Shown here in pieces: positions 18,584 through 28,451 of a stretch of DNA of 64,000 nt. The position numbers and the translations under genes are program-made. Positions within the stretch are counted from its first letter, which is position 1, and each line of letters begins with the position of its first letter. The notes beneath the pieces were generated by a model. It ran no database searches, was not told the origin of the DNA, and saw only the letters and a program-made list of their open reading frames with translations. Source of the stretch: Fidelibacterota bacterium (lineage in GTDB: Bacteria; Fidelibacterota; Marinisomatia; SCGC-AAA003-L08; JACNLC01); assembly GCA_018657495.1 (NCBI GenBank), contig JABHXA010000001.1, forward strand, positions 122,016 through 186,015, in the 5' to 3' direction.

Positions 18584-19924
18584 ATGAAAAATCCTCAAAA
18601 ACCAGAATTACTGTCTCCTGCCGGTAACTTCAGTAAATTGAAATATGCTCTTGCTTATGGTGCTGATGCAACATATGCAGGGATACCAAAATTTTCGCTT
18701 CGAACCAGAGAGAATGAATTCAGGGAGAAATCCTTGAAACAAGCTATTGAATACAGCCGGAATATGGGAAAGAAATTGTATCTCACCCTGAATATCTTTG
18801 CGCATAATACAAAGATCAATTCGTTTATGAAAGAGCTTGAAAGGGTTGCAGAGTGGAAGCCTGATGCACTGATCATGGCTGATCCCGGTTTAATAAATAT
18901 GACCTTGAAGGAGTATCCTGATATCCCAATACATTTGTCAACCCAGGCAAATGTAACGAATTGGACGACAGTAAAATTCTGGCGGGATATGGGTGTTGAA
19001 CGGATAATTCTGTCCCGAGAATTACAACTGAAAGAGATTGCTGAAATTCATAAGAATGTAGATAATATCGAACTGGAAAGCTTTGTTCACGGTGCTATTT
19101 GTATCGCCTATTCAGGCCGCTGTCTTATCAGTAATTATATGAATCACCGGGATGCAAATCAGGGCACATGCACAAATTCATGCCGATGGGAGTATACTGT
19201 TGGCAGAGATACTGACAGTCTGGTTGAGATGGAAAAAAAACAAATACCGGCACCCGAAATTACATCCGATTCATTAGATGGATTTTATGTAAAAGAAGAA
19301 CATCGTCCAGACCAGAAATATGATATTTCAGAGGATGATTTCGGCACTTACATGTTTAATGCAAAAGATCTCTGTGCTGTTGAACTTCTCGAGGAAATAC
19401 AAAAATCTGGCGTCATGAGCTTCAAAATCGAAGGCAGAACAAAATCAGAATATTATGCTGCCATGGTCACCAGATCATACCGAAAAGCAATTGATGATAT
19501 GGTAAATGGTGAACCCTTTAATACACAAAACCTGAATGATCTCATGGCATTATCTAATCGGAGTTATACAACTGGTTTTTATACACGAAAACCCAGGGAG
19601 TTTGGTGAAAACTATGAAGACGGTCGATCTCTTGAATGGACCCATAAAGCTGTAGGCATGGATTGCATCTATGATCAGGAAAATGGTTTACTCACCTTCG
19701 AAGCAAAAAATCGTATCGAAAAAGGGACAATCGTTGATTTGATCACACCGGAAGGAATTCAATCTGTCAAAATAGAATCACTTATTGACCGAAAAGGGAA
19801 AATAGTTGATGTTGGTCATGGCGGAGCCGGCCGGTATGGATTCCCTTTTCAAAATAATCCCGGTGAATTTGCCGTTATTCGAAGAAAGCTTTATCCTGCC
19901 GAAGAAGAATTGATTAAAACTTAA
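18584..19924 (+). CDS. peptidase U32 family protein (YegQ/TrhP-like)
   Basis: 446 aa with PELLSPAG, the U32 signature E.FVHGAICIAYSGRCLISNY and a Cys cluster (CTNSCRW). Confidence 0.8.
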   Translation: MKNPQKPELLSPAGNFSKLKYALAYGADATYAGIPKFSLRTRENEFREKSLKQAIEYSRNMGKKLYLTLNIFAHNTKINSFMKELERVAEWKPDALIMADPGLINMTLKEYPDIPIHLSTQANVTNWTTVKFWRDMGVERIILSRELQLKEIAEIHKNVDNIELESFVHGAICIAYSGRCLISNYMNHRDANQGTCTNSCRWEYTVGRDTDSLVEMEKKQIPAPEITSDSLDGFYVKEEHRPDQKYDISEDDFGTYMFNAKDLCAVELLEEIQKSGVMSFKIEGRTKSEYYAAMVTRSYRKAIDDMVNGEPFNTQNLNDLMALSNRSYTTGFYTRKPREFGENYEDGRSLEWTHKAVGMDCIYDQENGLLTFEAKNRIEKGTIVDLITPEGIQSVKIESLIDRKGKIVDVGHGGAGRYGFPFQNNPGEFAVIRRKLYPAEEELIKT

Positions 19925-19947
19925 TTCGTATCTATTTTGCTAAATTG

Positions 19948-19979
19948 ACTCCAACCCTGTGGAGTAATTTTTTCTTTTA
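19948..19979 (+). terminator. putative intrinsic terminator after the U32 gene
   Basis: ACTCCA-accctg-TGGAGT hairpin followed by AATTTTTTCTTTT, 24 nt after the stop at 19924. Confidence 0.6.
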
Positions 19980-20009
19980 AAAGAATTTATTCCACCTCTA
20001 ATTAAAATA

Positions 20010-20978
20010 TTATTGTGAAAAGACAATTACCTCATTTTCAATCGGTGTGAGGGTTTGCAAATATTTAAATATCGCAGTTAAATCTTCTTCAGTCATACCA
20101 GCATACATCGTCCACGGCATGACAGTATTAAATCCTCCTGGCACTGTTTCGATTCCAAACGGATCAATAAAGGCACTGAATCGATCAAGAAAATCGTCTA
20201 CCTCCCAATTACCAACACCTGTGGTTTCATCGGGTGTGAGATTGGCTGATCTGACTATACCACCTCCAGGCAGTTTAAACTCAAAACCACCTGCAAATGA
20301 CATGCCTTCAACAGGTTTCCCTTTTTCTGCCATGGTATGACATTCACTGCAGCCGGCAATTGTAACCAGATATTTACCGTAGTTCAATGTGTCTGATGGA
20401 GAAGGCCTGGTTGTGGGTTCGGCAGGCTTAGGAATCATTCTCATAATTAAATTCATCGGGAAATCGGCTTTTGATTCTTTTACTTCATTTTCCTGAGGCT
20501 CAAGTGAGCGAATATATGCAATGATCGATTTCATATCCTCAACATCCATTTTCCCATATGACGGATAAGGCATAAGGGGGAAAATTGGCTCCCAATCCCG
20601 AGTCACCCCTGTTGTAATTAACCTGTGCAATTCACCATCAGTCCAGTCACCAATACCTGCCGGTGTAATATTCTTGGCATAAAACGTACCGGGGAAACCG
20701 TACTCTTTACCAAATTTCTCACCTCCTATTCCCTCAGTACCGGGGATTATTGGACCAGAAAAATAAGACCAGTCCCGAGTGGAATGACAGTCGATGCAGA
20801 CTGCAACATGATTAGCAAGATAATCTCCCCGGGCAATTATTTCATCAGATGAGTCAATGATGATATCTCCTGCTGGATCCACCTTTGGAAACACCGTATA
20901 TAATATTGTTAGCAAACCGATAATTAATATGCCAAAAACCAATGATGACCATTTGAGTATTCGAAGTAAAACACCCAT
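20010..20978 (-). CDS. membrane-anchored dihaem c-type cytochrome
   Basis: 322 aa with an N-terminal TM anchor and two CXXCH motifs (CIDCH, CSECH), each in a class-I cytochrome c-like module. Confidence 0.75.
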   Translation of the reverse strand: MGVLLRILKWSSLVFGILIIGLLTILYTVFPKVDPAGDIIIDSSDEIIARGDYLANHVAVCIDCHSTRDWSYFSGPIIPGTEGIGGEKFGKEYGFPGTFYAKNITPAGIGDWTDGELHRLITTGVTRDWEPIFPLMPYPSYGKMDVEDMKSIIAYIRSLEPQENEVKESKADFPMNLIMRMIPKPAEPTTRPSPSDTLNYGKYLVTIAGCSECHTMAEKGKPVEGMSFAGGFEFKLPGGGIVRSANLTPDETTGVGNWEVDDFLDRFSAFIDPFGIETVPGGFNTVMPWTMYAGMTEEDLTAIFKYLQTLTPIENEVIVFSQ

Positions 20979-21125
20979 GACACTTCCCTTTCATTGTTAT
21001 TTTTCTGAATTATTTTGTCTGGCTTTTAAACCAATGTGACAAAATTGTGGTGATTTATACTGTGAAACTTATGTTAAGTCTGTAAAATATTCAAAAATCA
21101 ACATTTCTAAATCATTCCAAGTCGG

Positions 21126-22361
21126 TCAATTGATATATTCGTTTGACCTTTTTATTAATTCTTTTAATACTGGCTGATTTATTTTTGAGTTATTATAGAT
21201 TGTAGTACACCGATTGAATAATGCAAATATGGCTAATTTTTTTGCAAATTTATTTAGAATGAATTCACTCAGCTGGGAGCTCTTCTCAAAGTATAAATTG
21301 TTAATGTTGAATATTTTTGTCTTACTATCAGCTTTTGTATCCATCCTTCCAATAAATCTTTTGCCATACAAGATTGGTAAGACAAAGTACCCATACTGAC
21401 GTTTTGCAAACGGTACATAACATTCAATTGTATAATCGAATCCAAATAATTTCCTGATTCTATCCCGCAGAATCACCATATTGTCAAATGGTGACAAAAT
21501 ATGTACATCCCTTGATTTAGCAAATGAGATGTTTGAGTTTTCTAAAATATCAGGTAAAACATAAAATTCTATTTTAGGAATTGTATCGACCGTCACGATG
21601 CTAACACTCTGTTCATCTACCATGGACTGCAAACTTGTTTCAATAACTTTTCGTGGTATCACCTGGATATGATTGATAATATCATTTTTTGAGGCAATCC
21701 CATATGCAACCAAAGCCCGTTTAACAAAAAATCGTCCCGTCTCTTCCTGAGTCGGCATCGTCTTGTCAACCCAATCCGGCAGTACCCGCTCACGCAAATC
21801 ATATATTTTTTGAAACTTATCCCGCCGGGATACCATGAGTTTGCCCTGCCAATACAAAATTTCCAAAGCAGCTTTTGCTGGTTTCCAATCCCACCAAATA
21901 CCCTTTCTTTTATCTCCCGCCTCTTCAAAATCTTTTGTTCCCAGGGCACCCTCTTCTCTTATTCGTTTGAGAACTGGATCTAATAAATGACCATATCTTT
22001 CCAATCTATCTTTTGTCCATTTTTTTTCAGGATTCATAAACGCCGCCATTTTGGGGAGATAATAGCGATAATCTTTCATTGGCAAATATGAAGCAGCATG
22101 CCCCCAGTATTCAAATACGCGCCTGTCATCCGAAAGAAGCTCATTCAGAATATCTGGAGAATATTTCTGGTTTCTTGTCCACAGAGTGTGATGATGCGCT
22201 CTTTGAACAACATGTAAAGTATCAATTTGGATATAACCCAATTTTTCAATGATACTTGCTGTCAGTTCCTTGGGATTTAATTGGGAATTTCTTGAGAAAG
22301 AGAATTGTGGCTGAATAGCTAATGACCTGGCCTGATGGATGGATATTTTTTCTTTTGTCAT
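21126..22361 (-). CDS. winged-helix DNA glycosylase, YcaQ/AlkZ-like (HTH_42 superfamily)
   Basis: 411 aa. The N-terminal region GYIQIDTLHVVQRAHHHTLWTR and the overall length resemble the YcaQ/AlkZ interstrand-crosslink glycosylase family. Called from memory of family motifs. Confidence 0.6.
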   Translation of the reverse strand: MTKEKISIHQARSLAIQPQFSFSRNSQLNPKELTASIIEKLGYIQIDTLHVVQRAHHHTLWTRNQKYSPDILNELLSDDRRVFEYWGHAASYLPMKDYRYYLPKMAAFMNPEKKWTKDRLERYGHLLDPVLKRIREEGALGTKDFEEAGDKRKGIWWDWKPAKAALEILYWQGKLMVSRRDKFQKIYDLRERVLPDWVDKTMPTQEETGRFFVKRALVAYGIASKNDIINHIQVIPRKVIETSLQSMVDEQSVSIVTVDTIPKIEFYVLPDILENSNISFAKSRDVHILSPFDNMVILRDRIRKLFGFDYTIECYVPFAKRQYGYFVLPILYGKRFIGRMDTKADSKTKIFNINNLYFEKSSQLSEFILNKFAKKLAIFALFNRCTTIYNNSKINQPVLKELIKRSNEYIN

Positions 22362-22383
22362 ATTTTAACAGGAGCTATGAGGA

Positions 22384-22956
22384 CTATGATAATGTATACC
22401 TCATGATGGGTCTGGTTTCTGAACGTCGTTTTACTTCACTGAATCCTGCTTTTCTGAAAGATGAGGCAATACCAGTCCAGGCAAAAACATCCGGCATTTT
22501 GTTTTTCTTTGGTTCAATAGGATATGCTTCAATTATTCTGCCACCCTGTTCAATTACAAAATCTTTGCAGGCTTCAATGAGGATTGTACTGATACCCTTA
22601 TACCTAAATTCCTTTTTTACAAAAAAGCAGACAATTGACCATACAGGCTGATTGTCAATTTTCTTTAATATTCTGGATCTGCTCAGAGTTGAAAATTCTG
22701 TTCTTTTACCAATAGAGCACCAGGCAACAGGATCATCGTCATCAAATGCAATGAGGCCCGGTATAAATCCATCTTTTACGTAATTTTTCATCAATGAATA
22801 ATTAGCCTGGCCTTTATTTTTATCAAACTCCGATCGTTTTAATCGCCAATACATACACCAACATCCACCACAGGCACCTTTTTCACCAAACAGATTTTCA
22901 AACTGATCCCAATTTTCCATGGTAAGAGTTTTACATGTGATATTATTGGATGACAT
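22384..22956 (-). CDS. GNAT-family N-acetyltransferase
   Basis: 190 aa. It has a GNAT core (FFVKKEFRYKGISTILIEACKDF..GGRIIEAYP) and an N-terminal Cys cluster GACGGCWCMYWR. Confidence 0.65.
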   Translation of the reverse strand: MSSNNITCKTLTMENWDQFENLFGEKGACGGCWCMYWRLKRSEFDKNKGQANYSLMKNYVKDGFIPGLIAFDDDDPVAWCSIGKRTEFSTLSRSRILKKIDNQPVWSIVCFFVKKEFRYKGISTILIEACKDFVIEQGGRIIEAYPIEPKKNKMPDVFAWTGIASSFRKAGFSEVKRRSETRPIMRYTLS

Positions 22957-22959
22957 ATT

Positions 22960-23325
22960 TTAGAATAGATCTTTTATACTACTGACATCCGGTGAAAACA
23001 TTGAATCAGGTCCTTCCCAGCCAACTACTTTGAAATTTACTTTTCCGCTTGAGCTGAAAATCACCCCTTCTTTTTCAAGGATGATTCTTTGAACAGAGGC
23101 TCCATCTCCACCGATTCTTGGACTCACTTTCCCCTGGCTGTTGATGACTCTTTGCCATGGGATTCCCTGATCATGGGGGGTAGCCGCCATGGCATATCCC
23201 GCTTGCCGAGCAGTACATTTTCCTATAATAGCGGCAATTTGTCCATAGGTAGCTACCTTTCCAGCAGGTATCATCCGAACAAGATCATAGATTGAGTCAT
23301 ATAATTTTGAGGGTTCTTTTTTCAT
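22960..23325 (-). CDS. alkyltransferase-like (ATL) protein, an MGMT-fold DNA-damage sensor lacking the acceptor Cys
   Basis: 121 aa. It has the MGMT DNA-binding-domain pattern IPAGKVATYGQIAAIIG..ARQAGYA. The canonical PCHRV motif reads IPWQRV, a Trp in place of Cys as in the PWHRV of E. coli YbaZ and S. pombe Atl1. Confidence 0.7.
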   Translation of the reverse strand: MKKEPSKLYDSIYDLVRMIPAGKVATYGQIAAIIGKCTARQAGYAMAATPHDQGIPWQRVINSQGKVSPRIGGDGASVQRIILEKEGVIFSSSGKVNFKVVGWEGPDSMFSPDVSSIKDLF

Positions 23326-23378
23326 TGGATTTTCACTTTATTCTGACTGTTCTTATTTTATATATACTAGGCTGTTTA

Positions 23379-24161
23379 TCAATTTTTCTTATTTAAACTT
23401 TTTAGGGTTGTTATAAATGAAGAAGCACCTTCCAATGGATTTACCGCTGTCTCCATTGCTTTTATTAGAGCACTACCCACCACAGCCCCATCCGAGTGCT
23501 GGTTAATTAGTTGTACATCTTGCGGAGATTTGATGCCAAATCCAACTACGTATGGAACTGTACTGTTTTTTTTGACTCGCATAAGATAATTAACAAGATC
23601 AGAGTTATCAGCTGATTTTTTACCCGTCACCCCTAAAACAGATACACAGTAAAGAAGAACACCTGAAATTTTTGATATTTTCTTAATTCTGCTATCAGGC
23701 GTATTCGGTGCAACCAGCATGATTGGTGCTAAACCATACTTTTTCATTTCATCCGTAATATCTTCACATTCTTCCGGCGGAAGATCGGGGATAATTAGTC
23801 CATCAACACCACATTGTTTACAATCCTTGATAAATTTTTGCCAGCCATATTGCATGATTGGATTGATGTATCCCATCAATACTATTGGAGTTTCACATCC
23901 ACGGCTGCGAATCAGGGTTACCTGCTCTAAAATCCACTTTACTGTCACTCCATTTGAAAGGGCAATTTGACTGGATTTCTGAATTATGGGTCCATCGGCA
24001 AGCGGATCAGAAAAGGGCATACCCAATTCGATCATATCTGCACCTGATGCTTCGGCAGCCAACACTAATGGTATGGTGATATCAAGAGAGGGATATCCTG
24101 CCGTGATAAATGGAATTAGCTTACTTTTAGGTTGTGAAAAGAGGGTTTTAATTCGATTCAT
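23379..24161 (-). CDS. trpA: tryptophan synthase alpha chain
   Basis: 260 aa with ELGMPFSDPLADGPIIQ and GFGI motifs. Last gene of the trp operon. Confidence 0.95.
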   Translation of the reverse strand: MNRIKTLFSQPKSKLIPFITAGYPSLDITIPLVLAAEASGADMIELGMPFSDPLADGPIIQKSSQIALSNGVTVKWILEQVTLIRSRGCETPIVLMGYINPIMQYGWQKFIKDCKQCGVDGLIIPDLPPEECEDITDEMKKYGLAPIMLVAPNTPDSRIKKISKISGVLLYCVSVLGVTGKKSADNSDLVNYLMRVKKNSTVPYVVGFGIKSPQDVQLINQHSDGAVVGSALIKAMETAVNPLEGASSFITTLKSLNKKN

Positions 24162-24182
24162 TTGATAATTGTTATTTCCAGA

Positions 24183-25385
24183 TTACAGTTTAATTCCGAG
24201 GTAATCAGCGACGGTATGAACGTCTTTATCACCACGTCCTGAAAGACAGATTACAACATTATCCCCTGCTGAAATTTCGTTTCCGGGCTTCCTGAGATAT
24301 GCCATTGCATGGGCTGATTCGAGGGCAGGTAATATCCCCTCCATCTCACTGAGCCATCTAAAAGCATTTACAGCTTCATCATCCGTTACCGAATCATAAA
24401 TTACTCTACCGATGTCTTTTAAATGACTGTGTTCCGGTCCGACACCAGGATAATCCAACCCGGCAGAGATGGAATGAGGAAGTGTAATTTGACCATCGTC
24501 ATTTTGAAGCAGATAACTTGCTGACCCGTGTAAAATACCATATTTACCTTGTGTCATTGTTGCTGCATGTTTATCCGTTTCGGTACCTAGTCCGGCAGCT
24601 TCGACCCCGATAAGTTTCACTTTATCAGATAAAAATGGATAGAACATACCAATGGCATTACTGCCACCGCCGACACATGCAACTATTACGTCAGGTAATT
24701 TATTTTCAGTTAATTTATCCATTGCAAAAAACTGTTCCCTGGTCTCGATGCCGATTACTGATTGAAAATCACGGACAATCATTGGGTATGGATGGGGCCC
24801 GACAACGGAGCCAATAAGATAGTAGGTGTTCTCGACGTTTTCGACCCAATCTCTGATCGCCTCATTGGTTGCATCTTTTAGCGTTTTGCTCCCAGAGTTT
24901 ACAGAACGAACCTCGGCACCCAGTAATTCCATTCGAAACACATTCAATTTCTGTCGGCGGATGTCTTCCTCACCCATATAAACCACACATTCCAGACCGA
25001 ATTGAGCCGCCACTGTAGCGGTCGCCACACCATGCTGCCCTGCTCCAGTCTCGGCAATGATTCGTTTTTTTTCCATCTTTTCGGCAAGAAGTATTTGACC
25101 CAGCGCATTATTGATTTTGTGAGCTCCGGTATGATTTAAATCTTCTCTCTTCAGATAAATATTAAATCCGCATTCTTTTGAGATTTGTCTGGCAAAATAT
25201 AAGGGAGTTGGCCGGCCGGAATAATTCTGAAGTAAATTGGTTAAACGATCCTGGAACTGGATATCATTTTGTATTTGCCCATAGAGTTCTTCCAGCTCAT
25301 TGATAGCCGGGATTAGTGATTCTGGGACATATTTTCCACCAAATTTATTGAAATGCCCTCTGATATCCGGGTATTCATAGGTCAT
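24183..25385 (-). CDS. trpB: tryptophan synthase beta chain
   Basis: 400 aa with [16 protein letters not shown] (PLP Lys), [10 protein letters not shown] and GGGSNAIG. Confidence 0.97.
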   Translation of the reverse strand: MTYEYPDIRGHFNKFGGKYVPESLIPAINELEELYGQIQNDIQFQDRLTNLLQNYSGRPTPLYFARQISKECGFNIYLKREDLNHTGAHKINNALGQILLAEKMEKKRIIAETGAGQHGVATATVAAQFGLECVVYMGEEDIRRQKLNVFRMELLGAEVRSVNSGSKTLKDATNEAIRDWVENVENTYYLIGSVVGPHPYPMIVRDFQSVIGIETREQFFAMDKLTENKLPDVIVACVGGGSNAIGMFYPFLSDKVKLIGVEAAGLGTETDKHAATMTQGKYGILHGSASYLLQNDDGQITLPHSISAGLDYPGVGPEHSHLKDIGRVIYDSVTDDEAVNAFRWLSEMEGILPALESAHAMAYLRKPGNEISAGDNVVICLSGRGDKDVHTVADYLGIKL

Positions 25386-26068
25386 CAGACATCATCCGCT
25401 GAAATCGAATCATCTGGTAATTCTTCCTTTGTTGCTTCGAAAATATTCTTATATGGGCCAGTATTTTTAACCGTTTGAAAAAATTCATCTATTTTATTAT
25501 GATCTTTTAATCCAGGTGATAATTCAACACCACTGTTTACATCCAGAGCATGCGGATTGATGGTCTTTATGGCATCTTTGACAATTTTGTGATTTAACCC
25601 GCCACTTAAGATGATTGGTTTATTCCATTTATGATTATTGATAAGGGACCAGTCAAAGGATTTTCCAGTTCCGCCATAACTTTTTTCTGACCATGTATCC
25701 AGCAGGAGAGCGCAGACATTATTGGGGAATTCCATAGTTACGGATACCCCTTTTTTTAATCTCAATGCTCGTATGACAGGTTTTGAGAGAGACTGACAAA
25801 ATTCATCAGATTCGTCTCCATGGAGCTGAATTAAATCAAGACTTGCTGTTTTTATAATAGATTCAATGTGGGGCATAGATTCATTGACAAATATACCTAC
25901 TTTTTTAATTTTTCTATCCGTTCCCTCAGAAATAATCCCAGCACTTTTTGGTGAAATAAATCGTGGACTTCCAGGATAAAATATATAACCCATCGCAGAC
26001 GCCCCGACTCTTACAGCATATCTGGCATCACTCAAATTGGTTATGCCACAAATCTTTACCGGAATCAT
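25385..26068 (-). CDS. trpF: phosphoribosylanthranilate isomerase
   Basis: 227 aa with KICGIT, QLHG and LDVNSGVE. The TGA stop overlaps the trpB ATG by 1 nt. There is a short acidic C-terminal extension. Confidence 0.9.
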   Translation of the reverse strand: MIPVKICGITNLSDARYAVRVGASAMGYIFYPGSPRFISPKSAGIISEGTDRKIKKVGIFVNESMPHIESIIKTASLDLIQLHGDESDEFCQSLSKPVIRALRLKKGVSVTMEFPNNVCALLLDTWSEKSYGGTGKSFDWSLINNHKWNKPIILSGGLNHKIVKDAIKTINPHALDVNSGVELSPGLKDHNKIDEFFQTVKNTGPYKNIFEATKEELPDDSISADDV

Positions 26069-26845
26069 TTATTGTCCATCCAGTAACTGCGGGATGGCCA
26101 ACCCCGGATTGTCTTTATTCATAAGGGAAGTCCCAACTAGAATGGCATCATATCCAATTGTATCCACAAATCTAACATGCTCGTTGGAATGAATTCCACT
26201 TTCAGCAATTTTGATGGATGTTTCTGGAAGATGATGATAAGATGTTTCAAACCACTTCAAATCGATCTCCATAGTTTCGAGGTTTCTTGAGTTTACGCCA
26301 CAAATTTCCGGTTTCAATTTTTTGACTTTTTTTATCGCAGACATGGAGTGCGCCTCAACAAGAACTTTCAGTCCAATTTCCATTGCCTTTTCATATAATG
26401 ATTCTAATACAGAATATTCGAGGATATCGGCAATTAAAAGTAATGCATCAGCGCCATGCAAATATGATTCGTATACCTGGTACTCACTGATAATAAAGTC
26501 TTTACGGAGAATCGGAATTTTTACCGAAGATTTAATTTTTGATAGCAATTCAATTGATCCGCCAAAAAAGGGATTATCAGTAAGAACGGAAATTGCCGCC
26601 GCACCATTATTTTCATAGGATTCAGCAATTTCAACTGGATCATTTGTCTTATTAATGATACCCTCAGAAGGAGATTTCTGTTTTATTTCGGCGATGACCG
26701 ATATGACATCTGAAGTCAAAGCCTTGAGCATGTTTGCCCGTTTAAAATTTTTATGTTTTGCTCGTAAAACTTCTATGGGGGTTTTATTTTCTAAAACTTG
26801 TAGTTCCTGTTTTTTTGACTCAATAATTTTATTGAGTGTATTCAT
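26069..26845 (-). CDS. trpC: indole-3-glycerol-phosphate synthase
   Basis: 258 aa with VIAEIKQKSPS, LRKDFI, EAHS and GVNSRNL. It abuts trpF. Confidence 0.93.
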   Translation of the reverse strand: MNTLNKIIESKKQELQVLENKTPIEVLRAKHKNFKRANMLKALTSDVISVIAEIKQKSPSEGIINKTNDPVEIAESYENNGAAAISVLTDNPFFGGSIELLSKIKSSVKIPILRKDFIISEYQVYESYLHGADALLLIADILEYSVLESLYEKAMEIGLKVLVEAHSMSAIKKVKKLKPEICGVNSRNLETMEIDLKWFETSYHHLPETSIKIAESGIHSNEHVRFVDTIGYDAILVGTSLMNKDNPGLAIPQLLDGQ

Positions 26846-27840
26846 CTTTTAGAAATTAACTTTTGCATGACATCATATGCTGATCCAGAATCAATGGATT
26901 GCCTTGCCAGTTCAATTCCTTTTGATAAATATTCAACTTTTCCTCCAACAACGATACCTGCGGCAGCATTCAGCAAAACAATATCGCGTCTTGGCCCTGT
27001 TTCGCCACGGAAAATATCAATGATAATCTTGGCATTTTCTTCAGGTTCTCCGCCGGCCAAATCACCCAGCTTTGCAACGGCAATTCCATAATCTGCTGGA
27101 GAAAATACTGTGGATTTAATCGATCCATTTTCCAATTTGGTTACTTTAGTGGAAGATGTATTGGTAATTTCATCCATGCCGTCATGTCCATGCACAACCA
27201 TGGCAGACACAGCATTTAACCGTTTTAAAACTTTTGCAAGTGTTACAGTAAGCACACCATCATAAACTCCCAATACTTGTCGTCTGACACCTGCTGGATT
27301 TGCTAAAGGTCCGAGAATATTAAATACGGTCCTAACCCCAAGAGAAGTGCGCGCCTTGACTGCATATTTCATCGCTGGATGAAGATATGGTGCAAACATA
27401 AAACCGATACCAATTTCATCCACACACTCAGCAACTTTCTCAGGACTCATCGTGATATCAACACCCAATGCTGTCAGTACATCTGCAGACCCGGATTTGG
27501 ATGTCATGGATCGATTACCATGTTTGGCAACTTTTACTCCGGCACCGGCAACTACAAAAGAAGCTGCTGTGGAAATATTAAAAGTACCTCTGGCATCTCC
27601 TCCAGTACCACACATGTCTATGGCATCTGATTGGATGGGAACAGATGTCATTTTTTCTCTCATCGCCTGTGTAAATCCAGCTATCTCCGATGATGATTCT
27701 CCCTTAGAGCGCAATGCAATAAGAAATCCGGCAATCTGAACGTCATTAAATTCACCGGACATGATTTTAAACATAATTTCGCGGGATTCATCCTGATTTA
27801 AGCTTTGATTACCTAATAATTTGTCAATTGTTGTTTTCAT
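26842..27840 (-). CDS. trpD: anthranilate phosphoribosyltransferase
   Basis: 332 aa with DMCGTGGD, FNISTA and KHGNRS. It overlaps trpC by 4 nt. Confidence 0.95.
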   Translation of the reverse strand: MKTTIDKLLGNQSLNQDESREIMFKIMSGEFNDVQIAGFLIALRSKGESSSEIAGFTQAMREKMTSVPIQSDAIDMCGTGGDARGTFNISTAASFVVAGAGVKVAKHGNRSMTSKSGSADVLTALGVDITMSPEKVAECVDEIGIGFMFAPYLHPAMKYAVKARTSLGVRTVFNILGPLANPAGVRRQVLGVYDGVLTVTLAKVLKRLNAVSAMVVHGHDGMDEITNTSSTKVTKLENGSIKSTVFSPADYGIAVAKLGDLAGGEPEENAKIIIDIFRGETGPRRDIVLLNAAAGIVVGGKVEYLSKGIELARQSIDSGSAYDVMQKLISKR

Positions 27841-27883
27841 TTTATATTTCTCAATTTTTTTTCGGGCTTCGAAAAGTGGATAT

Positions 27884-28444
27884 TCAATTTAAAAAGTTTG
27901 AGACCATTTTTTTTCCATAGTCTGTCATAATAGATTCAGGGTGAAACTGAACACCGAATACCGGATATTTTTTATGTTCGATGCCCATGATAATACCATT
28001 ATCTGTCTCAGCAGTTATTCTTAAATCACTTGGAAATGAGCTTCTTTCTGCAATCAATGAATGATATCGAGTGGCGATGAAGGTCTCTGGAATATTATTA
28101 AATATTTTTGATTCCAAATGATTAATACTAGAGGTTTTTCCATGCACAATTTCATCGGCACAGATGATCTTGCCTCCAAATGCTTCCGTTATGGACTGGT
28201 GGCCAAGGCAAATTCCAAAAATCGGAATACTTTTATAAAATCGACGAATCAGGCTGATGGATATTCCCGCCTGCTGCGGAATACCTGGTCCGGGAGATAT
28301 AACTATTCGCTCAGGCTGCATTTTTTCAATATCCTGAATAGTTATTTTATCATTTCGAACTACGGTCAATTCAGAATTTATAACTCCAATGTACTGGACC
28401 AAATTATAAGTGAATGAATCGTAATTATCTATAATCAATATCAT
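27884..28444 (-). CDS. trpG: anthranilate synthase component II (glutamine amidotransferase)
   Basis: 186 aa with IDNYDSFTYNL, GICLGHQ (catalytic Cys) and GVQFHPES. Confidence 0.95.
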   Translation of the reverse strand: MILIIDNYDSFTYNLVQYIGVINSELTVVRNDKITIQDIEKMQPERIVISPGPGIPQQAGISISLIRRFYKSIPIFGICLGHQSITEAFGGKIICADEIVHGKTSSINHLESKIFNNIPETFIATRYHSLIAERSSFPSDLRITAETDNGIIMGIEHKKYPVFGVQFHPESIMTDYGKKMVSNFLN

Positions 28445-28451
28445 GTCTTTC

